Source: Fidelibacterota bacterium
GTDB taxonomy: Bacteria > Fidelibacterota > UBA8477 > JABMPR01
Length of the DNA: 64,000 nt
Direction: 5' to 3'
Assembly (NCBI GenBank): GCA_016844955.1
Contig: JAERTH010000031.1
Span: forward strand, 16,087-80,086
Below the pieces are notes generated by a model. The model was not told the origin of the DNA. It saw nothing but the letters and a program-made list of their open reading frames with translations, and did no database searches. A program made the position numbers and the translations under genes. Shown piece by piece: positions 58,059 through 64,000 of this stretch; the stretch's first letter is position 1, and each line of letters opens with the position of its first letter.

Positions 58059-58784
58059 TCAGCTGAGTTTCTGTTTCAATTTGGCAACATAGCGTCGGCT
58101 CATGACGTAGGGTTCTTCAATTCCCTTCATGTAGACCCGGTATGAATTGTTAAACCACTCTTCCAATCGATCAACACATTCCATATTCACGATGGTTGTA
58201 CGGTGTATGCGGTTGAAATAAGCTTCGGGTAGCCGTGTTTCCCACTCGGCCATGGATTTGTGTACCAAGACCTTCTTTCGGTTGGTGCAAAGCACTTCGG
58301 AGTAATCTCCTGCTGATGTGATACAGACAATCGTGCTGATTTTTAAGAAACCAAGGCTGGTATCCAGCTTTAACAGCAACCGATCATGATACTCCAACTG
58401 ACGCAGATCATCCTGATTTTCCTCAGGTATTTGTTCCAGCCGTTCCAGGGAGTGCTGAAGTCGTTCAGCATTCACTGGTTTGAGGAGATAATCCAGAGCA
58501 TTCACCTCAAAAGCACGCAGGGCATATTCATCAAAGGCTGTGACAAAAATTACCCGAATATCGGAGCTGATATGCTCCAACACATCAAAACCATTGATAC
58601 CCGGCATCTGGATATCCAGAAAAACCAGATCAGGGGTAACCTCCTTGATCAAATCAAGCGCTTCCAGACCATTGGCGGCCTCACCAACTATACTGACATT
58701 TTCATGATTTTTTAAAAGTAAGCGCAGATCATTTCTGGCCAGACGCTCGTCGTCAACGAGTATTGCTCTGATTTCTTTACTCAT
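58059..58784 (-). CDS. LytTR-family response regulator
   Basis: VDDE, FLDIQMP, DYLLKP, F.RIHR..IVN. ATG 58784. Confidence 0.93.
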   Translation of the reverse strand: MSKEIRAILVDDERLARNDLRLLLKNHENVSIVGEAANGLEALDLIKEVTPDLVFLDIQMPGINGFDVLEHISSDIRVIFVTAFDEYALRAFEVNALDYLLKPVNAERLQHSLERLEQIPEENQDDLRQLEYHDRLLLKLDTSLGFLKISTIVCITSAGDYSEVLCTNRKKVLVHKSMAEWETRLPEAYFNRIHRTTIVNMECVDRLEEWFNNSYRVYMKGIEEPYVMSRRYVAKLKQKLS

Positions 58785-59877
58785 GATTACCCTCAATTAC
58801 TCTGGAAATGGAAAGTTTTAAAACCACACAACCCGCTTGCTCGGCATGTTGGAGTTCATAGTTGCCGGAGAAACGATTTTCCAGTCGTTCCTTGACATTT
58901 TTCAGACCAGTTCCAGTACCTGCTGGACGTGATCGTTCACTGTCATCGGTCTCAGACAGCCATTTGCCACTGTTGCGAACCAGAATGCTTAATTTATTCC
59001 CTTGAATCTTGGCCTGAATGCTGATCGTCAGGGGCATCTCTGAGGTCTTCATGCCATATTTAACTGCATTCTCGACCAGCGGATGTACAAGAAAACTGGG
59101 GATGGGATATTCTTCCGCCAGTGGGTCTATATCAAAAGTTACTTGAAGATTTTCCTCAAAGCGTTTCTTCTCAATTGCAAAGTAATGTTTAATGGCGGTG
59201 ATTTCCTCGCTCAGGGGTACATCACCATTATTTTTACTCACCAATGAATAGCGTAAAAGCTCCGCCAGTTCAGAAACCATTTCACGAGCGTTGTGTTGGT
59301 CTTCAAGGATGAGAGCCCTGATAGAATTCAATGAATTAAAAAGGAAGTGCGGGTTGAGCTGATAGCGGAGCATCTGTAATTGGGCACTGTGGGCCAGTAA
59401 CTCAGCTTTCTCGGTACGCAGTACTTGCTCATTCCATTGCCGCCAGAAATTGATCAAAAAGTAGAGCGCAGACCAGGTAAACAGAATAAAGGAATTCCAA
59501 TAAATCTGGCCAACATTACCCCGCCAGGTGATCTTGTCCATGGCCTCCTGGAATTTTGCCACTCCATAGATTGGGTAGGAAATAAATCGATCCACATAAA
59601 GCCAAATCACTGCAAAGGATATTGAGCACAATATCACGACTGTTGAAACATTTAGGATGGATCTATGCTGATAATCTAGCTTCTGATAAATCCAGCGCAT
59701 GATAATGGTGACGAGAAATGCCACCATGTAGGTCACAGCAAAGCCAAAGGTGTTGGCAGCATCCAGATCCTTGTGTGATAAATATATCAGGTAGTAAATG
59801 ACCCCATACAGGAGCCAGCCGGAAATCTGTAGAACCCAGAACAGGGATATTTTGCCAGGATTATTTGGAGTGATCAT
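58777..59877 (-). CDS. LytS/YehU-type sensor histidine kinase
   Basis: 4 TM segments; QLNPHFLFNSLN, ENAVKYG, GTGLKNV. Confidence 0.93.
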   Translation of the reverse strand: MITPNNPGKISLFWVLQISGWLLYGVIYYLIYLSHKDLDAANTFGFAVTYMVAFLVTIIMRWIYQKLDYQHRSILNVSTVVILCSISFAVIWLYVDRFISYPIYGVAKFQEAMDKITWRGNVGQIYWNSFILFTWSALYFLINFWRQWNEQVLRTEKAELLAHSAQLQMLRYQLNPHFLFNSLNSIRALILEDQHNAREMVSELAELLRYSLVSKNNGDVPLSEEITAIKHYFAIEKKRFEENLQVTFDIDPLAEEYPIPSFLVHPLVENAVKYGMKTSEMPLTISIQAKIQGNKLSILVRNSGKWLSETDDSERSRPAGTGTGLKNVKERLENRFSGNYELQHAEQAGCVVLKLSISRVIEGNHE

Positions 59878-60084
59878 GATTGTCTGTCTGCGTGTATTCG
59901 ATTAGTCCATTCATTGCGTGATCCACAATTTCGACGATTACACTGTTTCCTACCAGCACTATTTTGAATCAATTTCAACTCCTGTGTCCCTTTGAGGACA
60001 TCATTACTTTCAGAGGCCAATCTAATTCAACAAAAGCTTGGAGAATTTTGAATTAGCCCAGCGGTGCATAAATCCGGCAAACGG

Positions 60085-61323
60085 TTAGGAAAAAAGGGCT
60101 ATTAGTTGTTTCAGGTTTGCCCAAAAAGGGATGGTATGGAGTTCAGCATTACTCCAGGGGTTTATCAGACCCACCAGCGCAATAACAATCGCCATTACAA
60201 CCAGCATGAAGAAGATGGGTTTCTGGGGCTGTTGTCTGATGATAGAACCAAAATCAAACAGGTAGAAATATGCCAGCGGCAGGAGTGGGAGGAACCAACG
60301 AATACTGTAGCTCCAGCCACCATAGTTTGAGCTAAAGAAGAAATAGTACAACATGACGATAACACTGCCGGTAAAAATAACCAGGGTTTCATTGCGCAAA
60401 GCGTGTCCCGGTCTGAATGCTTTTATCATGGATATAGGCAGTAATAGTAGCAAGGGGTTATACCAGAGGAAACCTTTGGATCCTATCAGGCTCAAAAAGG
60501 CATATTGAATAGTGAATCCCAGTGGGTTGGCTTGTACACCAGATAGTGCACTGGCATTTGACCAGGTTGAGCCTTCAAATTCAAAAAACTCAGGTATAAT
60601 TTGCAGGGGTAGGAAGGTGCCTCCCACAGCGTAATTAATGCTGAAGTGGGGAATCAGGGCCAGCGTCGCTGCGCCTGCAAAAAATAGTATCTGTTTGTTA
60701 AACACCCAGCGTTTGAAAACCAGTAGGCCAAAACCCACTAGAAAAATACCCATGGGTATGTCCATGGCTGTAGCCACCCCAAAAAATAACCCACTCAAGA
60801 GTTGGGTTTTTCCAGATTCATCAGTTTTTGATTGTAAATAAAACATGAGTGCAATCATCAGGCTTGATGCTGCCAGACTATGATTGCTAAACGTGGCTGA
60901 CCATGAAAATGTGATGGATGCAAAAGCAAAAATGAGAGTGACAATAAAGTGGTATGTTGGTTCAAGAGGCGTGTATTTCAAGGCACCTTTAAAAGCCAGC
61001 ACACTTAAAACCCAGAATAGTTTAACCGTCAACAGGATAATCAAGTAATAAGCTAGGTTCCACCCGTAATCCAATTTCAACCCGAATTGATGCAAAGGCC
61101 AATATACGATAGCCCCCAGTAGCGAGGGTGTTGATGGCTTATCAGAATAGAAATGACCATCGATATAAACTTTATCACCAGTTGACGAGAACGGACTGGA
61201 ATCGATGATCAGACTATGGCTCTCCACCAGAGACTGGGTCAAGGCCATGCGGCTGGCTTCATTCCAGCCGTTGATGCGTGGATTGACTGTGACCAGGCTT
61301 ACCAGAATGAGAATTAGTACCAA
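60085..61323 (-). CDS. Polytopic membrane protein, GT-C glycosyltransferase-like
   Basis: NEASR and YSDKP in loop 1, about 11 TM segments, GGWSYSIRW. Start uncertain. Confidence 0.6.
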   Translation of the reverse strand: MVLILILVSLVTVNPRINGWNEASRMALTQSLVESHSLIIDSSPFSSTGDKVYIDGHFYSDKPSTPSLLGAIVYWPLHQFGLKLDYGWNLAYYLIILLTVKLFWVLSVLAFKGALKYTPLEPTYHFIVTLIFAFASITFSWSATFSNHSLAASSLMIALMFYLQSKTDESGKTQLLSGLFFGVATAMDIPMGIFLVGFGLLVFKRWVFNKQILFFAGAATLALIPHFSINYAVGGTFLPLQIIPEFFEFEGSTWSNASALSGVQANPLGFTIQYAFLSLIGSKGFLWYNPLLLLLPISMIKAFRPGHALRNETLVIFTGSVIVMLYYFFFSSNYGGWSYSIRWFLPLLPLAYFYLFDFGSIIRQQPQKPIFFMLVVMAIVIALVGLINPWSNAELHTIPFWANLKQLIALFS

Positions 61324-61337
61324 ATGCCGAGAGATAG

Positions 61338-61538
61338 GTCTTCACCTCCACCAAAGATTCTCTAATTAATGCTACTCAACCTATAACCCGACATACTCAA
61401 TCCCTAGATTTTTTCAACGATACACTCACTTGCTATCACCTACATCAGGAGCGTTTTGTTAATCTGACTCTGAAGGATGCACAGGGCGTGGAAATTTACA
61501 GGCTTGTAAATGAGTCTCTGGCCGATGTGGCTATCTGA
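61338..61538 (+). pseudogene. Eroded orphan T9SS-type CTD fragment
   Basis: Frame between two stops, lacking an upstream start: ..FFNDTLTCYHLHQERFVNLTLKDAQGVEIYRLVNESLAD. It resembles the CTDs in this window. Confidence 0.55.
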
Positions 61539-61675
61539 TACAATTTATTGTTCCTGAAACTGACACAATTCTAGCCGGGGGCATCTATTTTTGTAGATTG
61601 TCAACCGATGAGTTTATCACTATTCAGAAAATGGTCTACATCAAGTAATTAGCGCTATAAAAGCTCGGGGGAGCA

Positions 61676-62188
61676 ATGACTCAATTGGAGAAACTCTTTA
61701 AATATTTTTTATGGTTAGCCGGAGCTGTAGTGGCGTTGTTGCTCTGTTTTTCATTATGGTATGTTATCAAGTTCTACCCCAGAGCTGCTGACCCGTTTGA
61801 AGTGAATAGTCCTACATTGGAGAAAAAGCTCTTGATTGCAACTCAATCAAGCGAATTCAAGGATAGGCTGGTGGGCTCCCTTGTAGCAGAATATGCACAT
61901 CAGAATGTCTATATCAAGGTCATTGATGTATCCCAGATTGGACAGACCACCGCAGTGAAGTGGTGGGGAATTGTCATCATCAATTCATCGCTTATGGATA
62001 AAATCAATGCGCATGTTCAAACCTCCCTAAATAGCCTCAAAAGAGCTGAAAATATCGTGGTGGTGACCACTTCAGGTGGAGGTGATTTTGTTCCTACGGG
62101 TTTGAAAGTTGATGGGATCACCACTGCTTCAAAATTATCTGCTGTGGATGACATTTTACGCCAGATTCGAAATTTGCTCCGGGAGTAG
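61676..62188 (+). CDS. Membrane-anchored hypothetical protein (flavodoxin-like alpha/beta pattern)
   Basis: RBS GGGGAG, N-terminal TM, KLLIATQSSEFKD and VDGITTAS. Confidence 0.65.
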   Translation: MTQLEKLFKYFLWLAGAVVALLLCFSLWYVIKFYPRAADPFEVNSPTLEKKLLIATQSSEFKDRLVGSLVAEYAHQNVYIKVIDVSQIGQTTAVKWWGIVIINSSLMDKINAHVQTSLNSLKRAENIVVVTTSGGGDFVPTGLKVDGITTASKLSAVDDILRQIRNLLRE

Positions 62189-62239
62189 GCGTTGGATTTT
62201 ATCTTTTGATGCCATCCCAAACTGGCTAGACTGCCCGGC

Positions 62240-62953
62240 ATGAATCTAATTCTGCTAAATGATAATGATTTTATCGCCGAATACCGGGTCCGCCTCACTG
62301 GACGCAGGTTGGAGCATATCCGCACTGTTCTGCGCGCCGATGTAGACACACAGCTCCGTGTCGGATTGCTCAACGGCAAGCTTGGCAACGGATTGGTCGA
62401 GCAAATTGACTCCGAATTTATTGAGTTGACCGTGTCACTAACGGAGGCACCTCCAGAAAAACTTCCTGTGACCCTGCTGCTGGCTCTACCCCGCCCCAAA
62501 GCACTAAAACGGGTATTGCAAAGCGTTACATCATTGGGTGTAAAGCAGATTTACCTGATCAACAGTTACCGGGTGGAAAAAAGCTTCTGGGCCAGCCCCA
62601 CCCTGAAACCTGAAAATCTGCATGAACAGCTCCTGTTGGGGCTGGAGCAGGCCAGAGATACAATCCTGCCCGAAGTCCATATCAGAAAGCTGTTTAAACC
62701 TTTTGTAGAAGATGAATTGCCGGGAATTTGTGAGGGGAGCAAAGCCCTGGTTGCCCACCCTTCCAGCAAACTGAATTCAGAACTAGAACCCAACCATCCT
62801 ACCACGCTTGCCATCGGTCCAGAGGGGGGATTTATCCCCTATGAGATTGAAAAATTGGAGGCGTCAGGTTTTACAACTTTTAGCCTGGGTGAACGGATTC
62901 TCAGAGTGGAAACTGCAGTCTCAGTGTTACTCTCCCAATTCTTGCCACTATAA
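62240..62953 (+). CDS. rsmE: 16S rRNA m3U1498 methyltransferase
   Basis: HIRTVLR, EQA, IGPEGGF and SLGERILRVETA SPOUT motifs. Confidence 0.93.
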   Translation: MNLILLNDNDFIAEYRVRLTGRRLEHIRTVLRADVDTQLRVGLLNGKLGNGLVEQIDSEFIELTVSLTEAPPEKLPVTLLLALPRPKALKRVLQSVTSLGVKQIYLINSYRVEKSFWASPTLKPENLHEQLLLGLEQARDTILPEVHIRKLFKPFVEDELPGICEGSKALVAHPSSKLNSELEPNHPTTLAIGPEGGFIPYEIEKLEASGFTTFSLGERILRVETAVSVLLSQFLPL

Positions 62954-62984
62954 GCCTCACTAGTATCCTGGGTGATTAATGGGC

Positions 62985-64000
62985 TCAGTTCGTAACCATT
63001 GAATCATTTTGATTATTTTTGGCTTGAGCAGAGAGAATTTGAAGCCGGATTAACTTTAATAAATGATAGCTGACCTCTTCATTGAGGGTCTCAAACACGG
63101 GACGCAGGGCTAGCATACCATGGTCATTAAAAGCTTTCCGAACATTCACCAATATTTGGGGTGGCAAACTCAAAATTTCATCAAACTCGTCACCGAAACG
63201 CAGTACATGACCCTCAGAACTGAAGTTGTACAAATGGTTTAAGAGGGTGTTCACCTTGATTTTGAACTCATTGGTGAGATCCTCAAAGGAAGCCCCATCA
63301 TTGTATTTTTCGCTCACGACCTGATGCCGTGGTTTCCCAATGCGTTTAGGGGGCTTGACAGAATTGTCATCTATGAGATGTTTAGGCTTCTCATCCACTC
63401 CGTTTTTCTCTGCATATTCAGTGATCAGCTGTATAAATGGGGGACCATATTTTGCACACCGCACAGAACCAACGCCGTATAAATCTAACAAGCCACCTTC
63501 AGCTTGGGGAAAATGAATGGACATTTCAATTAATGTTTTGTCCGGGAAAATCACATAGGGCGGGACATTTAAATCATCTGCCATGCTTTTACGCAGTTCT
63601 CGCAGGCTTTCGAAAAGTGTCGAATCATAATTCTGCTCAACTTTTGCCCGGGTTGACTTCTTCTGTGGTGCAGCCATTTTTGCAGACACGGTTTGTTCAC
63701 CCCTCAATACATCCCAGGCTTTGGCGGATAATTTCAGGCTACCATGGGTCATATCCTGAATTAGTAGCCCCTGTTGCAGAAGTTGTCTGGATAGATAAAA
63801 CCACTCCTGCTTCGATAAATCCATTCCAATACCATAGGTGGAAAGCTTGTCATGGGCGAATTTCAGGACCTTCTTGGATTTTGAACCACGCAAAATATCA
63901 ATGATATGTCCCGCGCCAAAAATCTCTGAGGAGTGTTTAACACAGGATAGAAATTGCTGGGTGGGAATGGTTACATCAATTGCCGCAACGTGTTCGGTCA
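62985..64000 (-). CDS. recQ: DNA helicase RecQ, C-terminal part (RQC, HRDC, HTH), truncated by window edge
   Basis: Frame is open to the edge (FLSCV...FGAGHIIDILRGS). HRDC LFESLRELRK..A...NVPPYVIFPDKTL. Confidence 0.9.
   Translation of the reverse strand, partial: TEHVAAIDVTIPTQQFLSCVKHSSEIFGAGHIIDILRGSKSKKVLKFAHDKLSTYGIGMDLSKQEWFYLSRQLLQQGLLIQDMTHGSLKLSAKAWDVLRGEQTVSAKMAAPQKKSTRAKVEQNYDSTLFESLRELRKSMADDLNVPPYVIFPDKTLIEMSIHFPQAEGGLLDLYGVGSVRCAKYGPPFIQLITEYAEKNGVDEKPKHLIDDNSVKPPKRIGKPRHQVVSEKYNDGASFEDLTNEFKIKVNTLLNHLYNFSSEGHVLRFGDEFDEILSLPPQILVNVRKAFNDHGMLALRPVFETLNEEVSYHLLKLIRLQILSAQAKNNQNDSMVTN

Noticed and set aside
178..63904. Numerous short antisense or alternate-frame ORFs in the track (e.g. 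16278..16760, 57260..57766, 62017..62499, 63437..63904)
   Set aside because: They are shadows of well-supported genes and have no recognisable motifs.
1..64000. Prophage, integron or defence island
   Set aside because: No integrase, structural, restriction-modification or recognisable defence genes.

Overview
Chromosomal window of a diderm, probably anaerobic and peptide-degrading bacterium of the FCB group outside Bacteroidota. That taxonomy is inferred from many secreted proteins ending in a YPNPFNP/FlgD-Ig 'T9SS-type' C-terminal domain (CTD), together with ordinary GGAGG Shine-Dalgarno sites and TTGACA/TATAAT-like promoters; Marinimicrobia-like is a guess. There are about 50 CDS. They include an acyl-CoA ligase/lipoprotein/beta-barrel/hydrolase operon end, MarR and TetR units with visible operators, a vWA + VIT-vWA secreted pair, a 2-hydroxyacyl-CoA dehydratase plus activator, archaeal-type gatE-gatD, an RND efflux operon ending in a GT25 gene, and three S8 proteases (one with a dockerin). 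Also present: tryptophanase, a PorV/PorQ-like barrel, a 1076-aa Ig-repeat protein, S41 protease followed by exbB-exbD-exbD-tonB-tonB, an SDR split by one in-frame TAG, GH5, a ParB-like + spore-photoproduct-lyase-like radical SAM pair, LytS/LytTR, rsmE and partial recQ. Intergenic DNA holds several families of REP/MITE-like elements, some nested, and a 192-bp direct repeat. I found no rRNA, tRNA, CRISPR array, transposase or prophage. The best candidates for novel biology are the ParB-like/SPL-like module with altered catalytic residues, the bacterial GatDE, and a flavinylation-motif DUF2271-like protein carrying an export CTD. All family calls come from motif recognition by eye, not database searches.
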